Both the position numbers and the translations under genes were made by a program. DNA of 63,655 bases, filler included, from Collodictyon triciliatum (taxonomy: Eukaryota): NCBI GenBank assembly GCA_043381765.1. It is 10 parts of 10 records of this genome, joined end to end, with 100 filler letters (N's around TTAATTAATTAA, not from the genome) between each part and the next. Parts side by side here need not be neighbours in the genome. Positions count along the whole stretch, not along the records: positions 33,767 to 40,416 come from JBHJMP010004336.1; positions 40,517 to 47,165 come from JBHJMP010004337.1; positions 47,266 to 53,989 come from JBHJMP010004338.1; 7 more parts are not named here. One strand, written 5' to 3'. Below the pieces are notes generated by a model, which worked only from the letters and a program-made list of their open reading frames with translations, was not told the origin of the DNA and did not search any database. Each line of letters opens with the position of its first letter. Positions within the stretch are counted from its first letter, which is position 1. Below are positions 37,612 through 51,200 of the stretch, piece by piece.

Positions 37612-40185
37612 TTAATCTGCCGCGTTCACACTATCTCTTTTTCTTGAGGCGAAAGCCCAAAAGTCATCGATTGCCGAGACATAAGGTATCTTTACAATGC
37701 GGCGTTCGAAGCAAACACAACGCAGCGGGTCTTTGATGTGGGCCCACCATCGCCGGCAGACAGTGACCAGGAAGTTAAAGACAGACGTGAACATGATGCT
37801 ACGTAATTCCCAGAGCCCGAGCCATGTGTGGAAGGTCCTTGATTGGCCGGCACGAAGCACATGCGTTTCTGACAAGATTACAAAGCACACAATCCATGAG
37901 ACAGTAACAAATGTTGTGGCGAAGGTAGTGTAGGAAACGATGTTGAATAGCTTCATGTTTAGCCTCAGGCGGCTGGAAAATTTAGATTTGTTTTCTTGAT
38001 GCAGGAAGCTTTCCACGGCATCTTGGCCCATGGTGGGGCTGATGTTATTTTCGGTTCCCAAAGAGCGCTCCGAATTAACCCAAGCCTGGGCTGATGTCCT
38101 GTTCTCAAATGCCAAAACCATATTGGCGAGGTCTACAATAGCTGCAAGAAGTCCAGCATCATTTGGATTCAGTTTATCACACCCCATTAATCTATCGAAT
38201 TCGCTTCGAATTACTTTGTCGATGTGACCAAAAGATACTGGATACGCATCAATCAGTAGAAGAGCAGTAGATACGGTGAGAAGATACAAAAATAGTGACA
38301 CAACCTCTGGATTATGCCAGCCGTAATATTGACCAGAAGACAGAACAAACGCCAACAAATTTACCCATCCATAAACAGTCTCAAAAGTCTGCAGTGCTCT
38401 CCATGTAGCACTTCGAGAGAACAAAGATAAGAGTAACAGCCTTTGTATAATAGCAAGTATATTAAGAATGGTGCATATTACCATCAATGACGTTGAATAA
38501 TACACTAGATTTACCAGCGTTAGGAATGGCGCAATGACAACTATTATATGAGTATATTTTAACATGATACGAAACCTCCCCGCTAAAGCTTTCGCCAGCT
38601 TTTTTGGGAATAAAACATCCAAGAAATTAATGTCGTAATCCACCATGAATGATTCATCTAATGGTGTAGCAAACACCAAGTTGAACTTGTAGTTGGCTTC
38701 AACAGTAGCTGCACGGGGGAATCGAATGCCCAGATTGCATGAATGATGATTGTTTTGACTAAAGTCGGCATCTCCTTTATCTTGAACGTGGTAAATTCTA
38801 ACTCCATTAGGTTTTGGGGAAGTGTGTATGTCTATCATATGATGACTTTTTTTTATTTCCCTCGAGCGTATTCCGTTAGGTTGGCGCTGCGGGGATTTGT
38901 CTCTGCCGCTCCAAATGATGACTTCAAAGGAATTTAATTTGATATCTCCTTCTGGCTCTATTTGTTTCTCGAGATTGATGTTTGAGTCAGAATCGCCGGC
39001 TTCGCGTGGTATGCATTCTAGGTTTTGAGAACTGTAAAACCTTTGAAGTTTTCCGATTGCTTCCACTCGACGTGGTGAATTCCCAATATCCAACAGGGAC
39101 TGCACCAATGGAATTTTAATTAAACGTCGGCTAAGGCAGTAGACCTTCAAGGGAGACCACACAGTCATAAACGCTCTTCTCAATGTATAAACAAAACAGT
39201 TCATACAACAGACTTTGAATAAGGTCAACGTACTGATATTTACTTGAAGAACAGATATTTGACTCAAGTCAAGAGAGCTTTTATCCTGATTGACCACAAA
39301 AATGTAGATAAGTAGAGTGATCAAACAAAGGGACAAAACTACATTGACGGATTGGTATCCCAATGCAGTAATGGCTCGCACTGAGTGTATGGCTCGTTTT
39401 TTCCATCCGCCTTGTCTTCGAGGACGAAATAAGTGCGTATAAACTGTGGATATTCTCTGTATCATCTCAAAATACGGCAGCTTTTTATCCTGGTGGTAAC
39501 TACGGAGTTCTGTCGAGTTTATATCTCTTTGAGTATCAGAGACGAATCCACATAATGTTCGAAGGTGCTTGTCCACTGAGGAAAAACTAACCATCCAAGA
39601 GTCCATTATAAATCCAGCGAGAGCCCCGCACACACCAACGAGGCCAACCGGGACAACCAACGGTCCAAAATGTATAAGATGTGCACAAGTTATCGTGGTT
39701 GTGATGGCATTTGCAATTAGGTAAACTGTTTCAAAATGACTCAGGCTGTGGAGCAAGATAGGGCGGATGTGGAGGAGTATTCCAGCCACAGGTACAAACA
39801 ACGGGACGATCGCCGAGGCTTGAAATGCAAGAACATAGTCATCTATCCAGCCATGCTTCAGAGCGTAGAGAGCAAGGACGAGGTAGGCGCCAGCGCCGAT
39901 GGTCAAAGGGATAGAAAGCGGACGAATCACCCATCGAACAAGTAGTAAAGAAAAATGATTACCAAATAAGGACCGAGAGACCGTCTCATGCCCATCAAAA
40001 ACTTGAATAAAAAAGCTGTCTGTGTATAGAATGGCTCTTTGGTACTGATGTTGAATATTATCCATTTCTCTTTGTTCAAAGCTCTGCTGCAATTCCATAC
40101 CGGCGCCATGGCCTGGAATGGATCCGTGGCGGCTACTTGAACCGTCGCATTCACCTAGTTGGTCGACTTCTATTTGGTTTGACAT
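37612..40185 (-). CDS. Intronless 857-aa polytopic membrane protein made of two homologous ~6-TM halves; unknown family
   Basis: Long single ORF with about 12 hydrophobic segments; internal duplication visible (SHFETVYL/QTFETVYG, MDSWMVSFSSVDKHLR/IDAYPVSFGHIDKVIR, RRLIKIP/RRIVKIP). Confidence 0.85.
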   Translation of the reverse strand: MSNQIEVDQLGECDGSSSRHGSIPGHGAGMELQQSFEQREMDNIQHQYQRAILYTDSFFIQVFDGHETVSRSLFGNHFSLLLVRWVIRPLSIPLTIGAGAYLVLALYALKHGWIDDYVLAFQASAIVPLFVPVAGILLHIRPILLHSLSHFETVYLIANAITTTITCAHLIHFGPLVVPVGLVGVCGALAGFIMDSWMVSFSSVDKHLRTLCGFVSDTQRDINSTELRSYHQDKKLPYFEMIQRISTVYTHLFRPRRQGGWKKRAIHSVRAITALGYQSVNVVLSLCLITLLIYIFVVNQDKSSLDLSQISVLQVNISTLTLFKVCCMNCFVYTLRRAFMTVWSPLKVYCLSRRLIKIPLVQSLLDIGNSPRRVEAIGKLQRFYSSQNLECIPREAGDSDSNINLEKQIEPEGDIKLNSFEVIIWSGRDKSPQRQPNGIRSREIKKSHHMIDIHTSPKPNGVRIYHVQDKGDADFSQNNHHSCNLGIRFPRAATVEANYKFNLVFATPLDESFMVDYDINFLDVLFPKKLAKALAGRFRIMLKYTHIIVVIAPFLTLVNLVYYSTSLMVICTILNILAIIQRLLLLSLFSRSATWRALQTFETVYGWVNLLAFVLSSGQYYGWHNPEVVSLFLYLLTVSTALLLIDAYPVSFGHIDKVIRSEFDRLMGCDKLNPNDAGLLAAIVDLANMVLAFENRTSAQAWVNSERSLGTENNISPTMGQDAVESFLHQENKSKFSSRLRLNMKLFNIVSYTTFATTFVTVSWIVCFVILSETHVLRAGQSRTFHTWLGLWELRSIMFTSVFNFLVTVCRRWWAHIKDPLRCVCFERRIVKIPYVSAIDDFWAFASRKRDSVNAAD

Positions 40186-40969
40186 AGACAGCCTCCGTTC
40201 CTGTGCCTTTCCCTTGGACCTTTCGCAACTGCAAGTTCGGAGGGGCGACTACATACACCAAACAAACAAACAAACAAACAAACAAACAAACAAACAAACA
40301 AACAAACAAACAAACAAACAAACAAACAAACAAACAAACAAACAAACAAACAAAAAAGGAAAGTGAGTGTCGGTGGGTGATCATGGTAAAGTATTTGGCG
40401 CGGACACGGAAGCTTCNNNNNNNNNNNNNNNNNNNNNNNNNNNNNNNNNNNNNNNNNNNNTTAATTAATTAANNNNNNNNNNNNNNNNNNNNNNNNNNNN
40501 NNNNNNNNNNNNNNNNTTTTTCTTTTTTCTTTTTTCTTTTTTCTTTTTTCTTTTTTCTTTTTCTTTTTCTTTTTTCTTCTTGCTACCCAGCCTCTCGTTT
40601 TTTGCTGCGATCTTAAAGCTTTCGCCATTGAGCTGGCTGACACAAAACAAGAAATCGAGATGGTTATGTCAAACATGGGCAATTGCAAGAAAAAGAGCAA
40701 AATAGAAATGAGTAGTAGATTTTGAAAGATATTCATCTCTTGCTTCGTAGGCTGTAACATTCCAGAAAGTTTTTTTTTTTCACTATTCGATTGATAGAAC
40801 ATCCCAAAAGATAACTTGATCTAATAGAGAACTAGTATTTAGACTTTACCGCATGGCCCCCCATAGCTATTCCTTCTTTTCCTTCTTTTTCTTCTTTGTC
40901 AAAATCATTATTCTTTGTGCTGATACTTTAATTCTTAACATCTCAGGCGGCTGCATCTGCATCATTATC

Positions 40970-43900
40970 ATGACACGCACTAGGGAGATATATGTTAGTT
41001 TGGCTCTATCTCTGCTTATTGTACCGTTATTATGCCCACTTTCGGTCCGTTTTTTCCCGAGCCTATTCTCCTCAGAGACTGAAGAAGGCTACTGTCATAC
41101 TGAAAAGCCCAAAATTGAAGACACACGCGCGAAGAGCGTACCATCTTCGGCTCGGTGGTTCAATCAGGTTGCTGTCATATACGATTCTGTCATATTTTTA
41201 TTATTTATCTTTTTTTAATCATCTAATGATTTTATGATGTTTGCTCTATCTCTCTAGTCTTAATGCCTCGTCAGTGAATTTTTTGAAACATATTTTGCCT
41301 TCTTTTTACCTTTACATTTAACTTTCCCTCGTACCAACTTTTCAAATATATCAGTGTATAATGCCAGTATTTCTTCTTCATTCTGATTACAATGAGTCCT
41401 CCCAGGATAATGTAAAAAGGACAGGCGATAGAAGTGTCATCGTGAAGTTACTCAGGGAGCCCGTTAAGGGAAACGGAATGTTGCATTTCGATCGATTGCC
41501 CATAAGAAAAAAAGGGTTTATCACAAGGCAAGTGAGCAGCTACGACTGGTCTGGTGACAATCAGGTTTATACCGCCATAGTATACATCTAATATATATAT
41601 TCACTTACTCTGTCATTGATGATATCTCACGCGAAATAAATTAATATAATTAAGTATTTGCGGGAATTTTTTGCATAAACTTTTGAAAAAATCTAATGAA
41701 ATGTTTATCAACCTAGGATTTCAATCATTACATATCGGTTCAGGGTGATAAATATCGAATTTTTGAAGATTACGGTCCTGGTTGTATCCTCAGATCGCTA
41801 TTTATTTTTACTTTTGGATCGGACGAAAGGATTGGTCTTCTCTGGGACATTTTAATTGAGGTAGAAACATAGAAACTATCCAAAATTGTTGTGGCGTTAT
41901 GCAATTTTGTGTTAACCACAATAGAACGAGAGGAAATGGTGGTCACAAATCAATCTTGTCAAGCAAAATGATATGATACTACATTTTACTTCAGTTTATG
42001 ATTGTTGCACTTATCAAGAATAATTTGATAGGTAGATGGGGTTTTGGTTTTTAACCAAACTTTGAAATGGATGTCATCCAGTATGGCCTCACCCTTCTTG
42101 CCGCCCCTCTCTGGAGTTAATGACATGCGTAGCGGGCATTACAATTATGTTCCCATATTCTATCAAAAAAGCTGTATTATTACTGTAGATGCAAAAGGAT
42201 TTCAGGTTTATATAATTTTAAAGATACAATTTAAATCATAAATCAGTTGATACGATTTCTGAGTTTAGGATAAAAATTGTATTAATATTTATTGTCTTAA
42301 AAAAACCTTAGAAGTTTATGTTTATTCTATTGTTATCTTAGCTGTAACAATTATTTATCTAGTTTCCGAAAGATACCGATCCAAGGACTTACTATCGACA
42401 GGCTCTTTTTCATTTATTTACCTATCACAAGTTTAACTTTGTACTTGGTAAGAGCGCACCAAAATCGTTTCTCGGACTAACAGAAGATATCAATGATATG
42501 CTTGATATGAATCATCAAATATGGAAGGGAGAGTATCCACCGCGTTGGACGACATTACCAGTGGATCATTTTTTCGAAGTAAAGTATTCAATGTTTTTAA
42601 TCTTTTTTTTTTTTTTTTGCATTTTTCTGAAAAGATTGTTTGCCAACACAACGTCTAGTGTCAAAAGTATGAAGCTCTCATAAAATGATATATGTTTGGG
42701 CATATGCTGTTGTTGTTTTTGAAGAAAAATTACTTTCTCATTTTTTTATGACGTAAAGAAAAACAACTGTAAAGTAACCCCCGGGCGCAACGTGTTGGTT
42801 TACTTCAAATCCTATGGAACTATTGTTGGATTTTTCATGCGCCTTCACAGCAACAAACCTGATGAATTTTTGGGACTTCGAATTAGGGTCTATTGGGATG
42901 AATCAAACGTCCCTCAAGTAACAAATATCTTTACCATCATTGTAGTGTGTTTTTATTTGTGTAAGTGAGTATGTGACATAACAGATTGATGCCCCATTTG
43001 GAATGTTCTTCTCCAGTCTGACAGGGCAGTATGCGACTCGAAGTATGGCTGTAGGTATGAAAATCAGGATACTATTGGTAAAGAAAAAAAAAGAATATAT
43101 ACTTCTCTCCATTTAGTAATGATGATGATAATAACATACAAAGTATTGTCCCATTCTTAACAACATGTGGTAGGATATAAACCTGGCATTGGTGGATATG
43201 TTTATTTCCCAATGCCTTTCTGGGAGTCTGCCAAGATAGAATTGATGAACACTTTCAATCAAGAACTTCAGGTTGATTATGCATTTGAGATATCGAATGC
43301 AATATATCCCAAAGAAGGTTTCTATCATAGCCATAGTAATCCCCGTAAATGACTGTTATCTGAAACATATCGTATTATCCTTCTCAAAATTGATTCAAAT
43401 TTTTTTTTTTCAAAATTGATTCAAATTTAAAATAAAACAGATACAGGATATTTTCATGCAACCTGGAATCGCGAGTTTCCTAATAAACCAGGAGAAACTT
43501 TTCAATTACTTGACAAGAAAGGTGTATGGGGACACATCGTAGGAATCTCTCTTGTGACTCAAAGGAAGTATGAAAAACATGCTGTAAGTTTAAAAAAAAT
43601 GTAAGGAATGAATCATTTTCCGAATGATAGTTGGGGGGTTTGCAATATATGTAAACTGCAACCTTTAGTCAGGCGGGGCTCCCTTTGAAGGGGATGACAG
43701 ATTTTTTGTGGATGATTATAATACTACGGCAATTCATGGAACAGGTTTTAAGATTATCTTTTCTTTTTTTTTAAAAAAAAAAAGTATTCGCCTTCACTGT
43801 TGCTTAAACGGTCATGAACTTGGTATAGGCACTGAGGATTTCTTTAACACTGGTCACCATTTCAAAAAATTCAACAACTTCAGTCTGCCTTTTCATGGAA

Positions 43901-44971
43901 ATCCGTTCATGCAAAAGAAAGCGGATTATGACTACGATATACATGCATACAGATTGCTTGTTCCAGACTTTGTCGTATATCGCGATTCTATATCCACGGG
44001 GATGGAAACCTGTATAATGAGTTTAATGACTTTTGATTTTTATTCATGCTTTTGCATTTACAAATTTATATAGAACGTATCTAAGCAAGTTGGTTTGTTT
44101 TGTTTTAATATAAAATTTTAGCTCCTTCTATATTTTCCAAGGCCTTTGCAAACTACACCAGTATTGTATACCATTACGCTGGAACCAAGACCGGTTTAAT
44201 TATGACTGATGAAATGAACGTCGGTGATACAGAATCTGAGGTGAGCTATATTGGCGATGTTCGACTTTTAAAATATACAAGTCTAAAACGTACTGAACCC
44301 CCTCACTTGCTATTTTTTATCCACTAGGTAAAACACAACTATGCATGCATTGAATGTGAAGGGAGTGGGATAATTGAAAGTACGTACGACTCCATTCATG
44401 GCATTGGGCCAAAGTTTCTAGACAGCGGATATAAAATCAAGTACCGAAAACAAATCATATGTTCTTTATTTCCTAAACAATTTAGTTCATATCTATTAGA
44501 TATATAATGACATACATATCAGAAGCTTTATATTATAATGTTATATTATCTAGACTGATCTTAACTTTACGTAGAAATTCCACATCCTTTGCTGTTAAGA
44601 TTATTCCAAAGAATTTTGGGGTATTACTGAAGAGGAGATTGGACCACCGCCATCAAAATCAGAAAGGAAAAGTGGGTTAAGAAATGGGTTGCATACTCAA
44701 GTTATTTAATTAAAAAAATGAACCGAAATAATATTATACACTAATTATCCATATCTAGGTATTCGTAGACGGAAAGGAAGTGGGGATATGGTACGAGATG
44801 AAAAAGAACCCCTTTTTCTTTTTTCGGAACTCTGAATTCTGGATTCCTGAAAACTATACCAAGGGGAAAGACCATCTATCCATACATATAGAAGTCATAT
44901 ATGAGGGGTCTGAGGAGGGTGAGAGCGATTTTTGGTCGGAGCTGCACTACTGGATTCACTGCGAAATCTGA
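40970..44971 (+). CDS. DUF2961 / GH172-like glycoside hydrolase with N-terminal signal anchor, multi-exon, apparently complete
   Basis: QVSSYDWSGDNQD, GPGCI, YVPIFYQKSCII, LRIRVYWDE..PQIDAPFGMFF, YFPMPFWESAKIEL, GYFHA.W, GHIVG, FEGDDRFFVD...IHGTGTEDFFN and C-terminal GVLLKRRLD...VFVDG..VGIWY. Confidence 0.85.
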
Positions 44972-46165
44972 GCTGTTACTACTGCAAGATCTATTTGTGG
45001 CCTTCCTCATGTCAAAAATAGCCGCTCTAACAATCGACACCCTGAAAGGGTCGCAAGTTTGGGGTTTTCTCTCCGTGGGCCTGAGGCGTGTGGACTATAA
45101 TCTATAATAATAATAAAAAAAAAAAAAATCAAGATTACACAAGTGCATCTTTGCCAACTACCCTGACGGCTATACCGCAATTTAAAAGGAAACTATCATG
45201 GCCGATAGATTGACCGTCGCCGTGGATTGTCATCATTCGTGGGGTGGCCGCAATCGATGTCTAGATTTTATTTTTTTTTTATACGAACTCCCAGGTAAGA
45301 TATGACATAGCTGACAACAGATAAGACCGTAGTGCGCATAGCTGGCTGTGTGTCATGGTATCTGATACCACATGTGGAATCTAATACGATTCTGTTCACT
45401 GGCGCTCAGAAGAGGCGAGCAAAAGCCGTCCATTTAGATCCAAAGTAAAAAATACAATTAGCAACGGTTTATTCCACACGAGGCGCTGATCGGTTACGCG
45501 TTGGCGAGAATATGGTTTCTATCGCACCCTTGCTTTCTGAAGGAAGAAACGAATGGGAGGAGCGTGCGAAGCTGAGAGAGGGGGATTTGAAGGAAGCGGT
45601 TGGTCGGGGCAGAAATGAGCCTTTAGTCTTTCTTGAGGCCGGGAATGACGCGCTCTTTGGGCTCTTCGTGCAGGGATGAGTACATTCCGAAGCCAACCAC
45701 AGCAGCAAGGGTGATTGCTTGGGCATAGATACGGGTATGGATCATCTTTTGAGAGGGAGTCAGGTGCGGGTTTCTCCAGTTGTACGCGAGCGATCCGACA
45801 ATCGCAGCAGCCCAGAGAGAGACTGTGTAGATAAATGGTTGAGTCCAATGTTCTGCGACTTAAACATGTTCGATGTACACTCTTTGTGGGTGGCATTGTC
45901 CCTCGACGAGGAGACTAGCTTGATTTGTATCTGCTTCCTTCTAGTGAAGATTGATGTCAGCCTCGAAGGCCGGTCGGTTACCTGCAGCCTTGAAGGGCGA
46001 AGCATTCATGTTTGTGTCCTTGGCTTGGTGTTCCTTGTACGACATTTGCTTGTTTGATGGGCGGGTGGGTTTCTAGCTTTGGCGGTCGGCTGTTCTTTAG
46101 TGTTCCAGTGGCTCGCGTTCAAAGGTTTCCTCGATATTTTCTTGCTTTTTTTTTTTTTTTTTTTT

Positions 46166-46234
<69 letters not shown>

Positions 46235-46269
46235 CTTGCTTTTGTTTTTTGATGTTGTCTTGTTGTTGT

Positions 46270-46530
46270 GTTGTTTCCTTTTTGCCTTCTGATTCTTAGC
46301 TTGATGGCAATTGCGCTGTGGTTTGTGTCCATTATTTAAGGTTGGCGGCTGTGACGGTATCTGATGTCACTAATACCCGCGTTGGTTTGGCCAGCATTCC
46401 GCCTTTCCCTATTCGGGTCAATTAGCCGAGTTGATGATGTCATATGACGTATCATTTGCCCGAGGCACATTTCTGGGAGCAATGTCCTATACCGTACAAT
46501 TAAAGAACCAGCCCTGGAAAATATCATCTT
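46270..46530 (-). mobile_element. Possible degenerate LINE AP-endonuclease C-terminal fragment
   Basis: YRTLLP ... SSTRLID ... (stop) ... TNHSAIAIKLRI resembles the L1 APE motifs YRTLHP, SxID and SDHSAIKLELRI; followed by a poly(A)-rich tract (46147-46233). Confidence 0.4.
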
Positions 46531-46581
46531 GCAGTCTGAGTTACCAGCACGCCAGGTTTGTGTACTCCTTCCAGGCTTAGA

Positions 46582-47165
46582 TTAAATATAATTTATTGGT
46601 GAAACTGTAAAAAAATCAGTGATAGCGAGTTGGTCAGGTGGGCGACCCAACTGGTTGATAGGTTGCGTGGGTAGCAGGGGTTGGATATGCTGTGGGAGAT
46701 ATCTTACGACACATTCCCATATCTCTCTTTGCTTGCGGTCAGAGTAGCGAAGAATGCGAGCGTGTTTCAGCAGGCTGTTCAGGAAGCTGTATTGCAAGAG
46801 GCTTTCAAGCTTGATACATCGATCAATTGTTCAGGTGAATCATTAGAGCGAGAGAAAAAACTCACTCCATAAGGCCCACAGCATATGTCCCCTTGTGACT
46901 GTCCAGAGTATTCTAGAGTCGTGGGTCATTTGGTATTGTGCGCCAAACAGGATGTCAGAGGCGCCGAGTCGGTTGGGAGCATAATCAAGCTCAGAGAGCA
47001 TCTTGTGGGTAGACTATCACTTTTTGAGCAGGAGAGTACTTCACAAATGTGTGTTCGGTAGAGTCATCTCCACTATGGCACATGGTGCATTCTGGGGAGG
47101 TCGTTGCTGCATGGACTACACGCGCACCTATCCACAGCTCTCTGTTGGAGATATTGAGCAGTAGG
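46582..47165 (-). mobile_element. Degenerate L1/Tx1-type non-LTR retrotransposon ORF2 3' end (zinc-knuckle region)
   Basis: CTMCHSGDDSTEHTFVKY (CCHC with the last Cys changed to Tyr), then ILFG...LWALW, broken by frameshifts and stops; truncated by the contig end. Confidence 0.75.
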
Positions 47166-48251
47166 NNNNNNNNNNNNNNNNNNNNNNNNNNNNNNNNNNN
47201 NNNNNNNNNTTAATTAATTAANNNNNNNNNNNNNNNNNNNNNNNNNNNNNNNNNNNNNNNNNNNNCGAAATATGCCTGATTTGAAAGTTAGACTGTTATA
47301 TGGGTCATGAAGTCACCAGTTCTCTATCATATGTTAAACAATTAAAATGCCAACTTTATATTTTCATTTTATTTTACTTGACCCGCATTTATACAAGGCA
47401 AATATTGTATATCACACTGATCTAAATATGAATTATACAACAAATGTGCAGATTCGTCGAACCATTTCCGAAATCTGCAGGATTATGAGTGACCAAGTCT
47501 CATAGTTATTGCAATCGATATTTTCATTTGTAAGTATTCATAATATGTAAAATATGTGCTTGTTTCCTTTTAACTCAGATTATGGCTCCCAACTATCTAC
47601 AATTCGAAATTACCTTAATGTTATCACTAAAAGAATGCTCCATTTACAGTTTCATGCCATTCCTTGGAGGCTAAGCAAATAAGTAAAGGAATGTATAGGC
47701 CTATCGCATCGGCTGCTGGATTATTTGAGATGCATTTTTGTATTAATGATTGATTAACTTAATGAGAATAATTTTTATCAAGAACATTCAAGCACGATTT
47801 GGCTAATGGGTCAAAATGATCTAAACTAATTAATTCTTTGTTCTCAGATAAAAAATTTAAAATATAATATAATGCATAGTCTAAAAGCAACTACTTTGCA
47901 TCAAAAGGCCTCATCTTTCATGATTCACACAATATTTTACCTTTATTTTTACTTTCAAATACGCGCTTTGTTAAAGATTCATCATTTTATAGTTTAAAAA
48001 TAAGATTGTAATCAAGGGTGGAGTTTTAACCCTCACTATTGTACAAAAATATTTTTATCCGAGAGATTCTATCAATAATATTCCTTTATAATGGGTTAAT
48101 CATGAAAATCAAAAGTGATAGGAAATATGACGAGTCGATTAATCGTATTGAATCAACCGAGGCGGTCAAACAGAGAGAATAGCATACGATTACAGTATAT
48201 TCTTTGACAATTCTTAATCATACATATTATTCGCATTTAATCAACAGGAAG

Positions 48252-51200
48252 ATGTCCGAGCCATCACCAAGCAGACATTCCGACGCCGCCAACCAGCAAG
48301 AATCTGGAGACCAGAAACGGACGGAAGCAACCCCAGAACCCGCACCGGCCGATGAGAAAATTCGCAGAGGCTTGATTACAGGCGCAGTTTATTCTGATGG
48401 CGAAGGGAGATGGACTATTGTCTATGACTCCAGAGTCTTGAGAATCTTCATGTCCTCCACGTTTCGAGACATGCAAAAAGAAAGGGACGAGTTCTTTGCA
48501 AATGCCGAAAAAAAGTAACATCGTTTTATTCAATTAAAAAAATTCCATGATTACATGTTTGCATGTTCTCGGTTTATTGATCAATCAAAAAAATTGTTGC
48601 AGACTCAAAGACTTTGCCAAGAAGAAGGGTGTCATCCTTGTTTTCATCGACTTGCGCTGGGGACTGACCAGTGAAATATCTGAAAATGGATTGGTGGGAA
48701 TTATTCAAGTTCTTTCCTGATTTTTCTATTTTTCATTTATTTTTTATAAGTTTTACATTATCACGATTATATAGGTCGTTATCAGCTGCCTTGAATCTAT
48801 CGAGGAATGCCCATACTTTCTATGCACGCTCGGCTCACGTTACGGCTGGTCACCAAACCATGAAAACCCATCTGAATGGCATCCAGACACGGACTTGAAG
48901 TTTCCATACCTCAAGGAGATTAGGGGCCTCAGTGTGACTGACTACGAGGTTCATTTATACTGTATATCTACTTTTAGTCAAATATTTGTATTTATCACTA
49001 TCAGTCTCTAACATCAATTATATCAAATAGATTGTTCACGGCGCTCTGAAAGAAAATCCTGTTGCCCGACGTGCACTCTTCTATTCCCGAGACGAAGAAC
49101 ATGCAGTCAACCATGTTGCCGAAACCGATGCAGAGCGTGCATTATATCGCCCAGTCAATGAAAAGGACGTAAGCAGAAAGGACTTTAGACCATTTCGCTT
49201 TTCTATGTTTTAATAATTTAAAAACTCATATGAACCCTTGATTTCAGAGAGAAAACCAGGATGGATTGAAAGAAAAGATTGGAAATGTGTTTGAAGTCAA
49301 GCCATACAAGACACCCCAGCAGCTCGTCTCGATGATGGTTGATGATTTGATTGAAGCAATCGAAAAGGATTTTCCCGACCAAGAGGTTTGGTTTCAATAC
49401 ATTTTATAAGTATAATCAATATTAACATCACTTAAGTTTTTTGGTTCTCCAATTATAATATCAAAACCTTGCAGCATATACATCCTGAGGACATGGCGCA
49501 TGAGCAGTTTATGCGACATCGACTGATTGGATTGGAAGGAAGAGACACCATCTTGGCCATTCTGAAGGAGAGAGCGATACTGCAGCTCGATACTGACGGT
49601 TCTGATATTACCGTTGTTGGAGCAGAGTCTGGTATTGGCAAATCGACGATTATGAGCGGACTGGTTCGCGACCTGAACGCGGGCAAAAAGTCGAACCTAG
49701 TGGTCATCTACCACTTTGTCGGATGCTCAAACCTGAGTAACTATGTGGAAAAGTAAGCATACTCAAATAATATAGTAACGTAAAATATTTTTAGGATTCT
49801 TAAGTGTTCATCACCCTTCGTTATAGTTTGGTGGAGCGTGTAGCTCGCATTCTTGTTGAAACTGAAGCAATCGAGCTGAAACTTGACTCCGAAGAAGGTT
49901 TATATCCCAAATGATAATTAATTTTTATTTTCTACAATATCTTCATTCAAAATAAATTTAATGAGCATTCATTTTGGTTTTGTGTCTTGTTGCAGGGAAG
50001 GAAGCTTTGAAGAAGGGACTAGACTACATACTCAAGCTTGCATCAAGAAATGAGTCGATTCCAATAAGCTCATTTTTAATTTACCAAATATGCCATCTGA
50101 CGAGTAATCAATACAGGAAAAAGCAGACTGTCTTGGTCATCGATGCAATCAACCAGTTGGTCAATTCAGAGCAAAACAAGCACGTCCACCGCCTTGAATG
50201 GCTTCCCAAAAAGACACCAAAGAACATCTCCATCGTCGCATCAACCATCGACACCCACGAATCATGCGATGTTTGTTGTCTATTTCGAGGATTGAAAACA
50301 TTTAGATTAACCCAATTGCTTTTGAATAGGTTGCCAAGTCAGCAGGGCTAGATGTCATTCCTGTATCAAAGCTTGATGATGTTGGAATCAGACAAGCAGC
50401 CACCTCTTTCTTCAAGCGCTACAACAAAACCTTGAATGAGAAACAGATGGATATGATACTGAGTCAATGTGGTGATACTGGTGAGTGTAGCTAATGATTC
50501 GAATATTTTTATATTTTATTTTTAGGACACATATATTAAAGATGATGAATACGAAAACAGGTCATCCACTCTACCTGCGCATTGTGCTGGATGAGCTTCG
50601 TGTGTTTGGAGTGTATGAAAGAGTAGACACCGAGCTTCATGAAATGCTGGCGACTAAGGGAGTTGTCAATTTGTTCGACCTTGTGATGAGTCGCTGGGAA
50701 AAGAAATACGGTTTTGTAATACATCTAAAGTGGTTCATTTAACATGATTTTATTGATTTATGTGTTATTTTAGGAAAACATATAGTCCGTCTGTCCATCA
50801 GTGTCCTTTATGTGTCACGCATCGGTCTAGATGAAAACGAGCTGGACAAATACATGGAGCATCGACTTAACCAAATTCATATGCAAATCAACCATGCAAC
50901 CTGGTATATCGATTCCTGTCATATGATGCATATTTATCACTTTTGGTAATTGGAATTTTAATTTATTTTTTTTTTAGGAAATCATTTCTTTTTGTCTTGC
51001 TAGATTCGCTCTTTGTGAGGAACGGGAGGTGATACTGTATTCATAAATTTCTAAATGGTCGTAATTGTTGATGCCATTATTTTATCTTAGATACGCGTTC
51101 TCTCACCAGCTGCTCACTCAATCCATCAAAGAGCAATACTTTAAGGATGAAGCATACACAAAAAGTGAAGCACGTGAATATGGATTGTGGCTGCTGGGTG

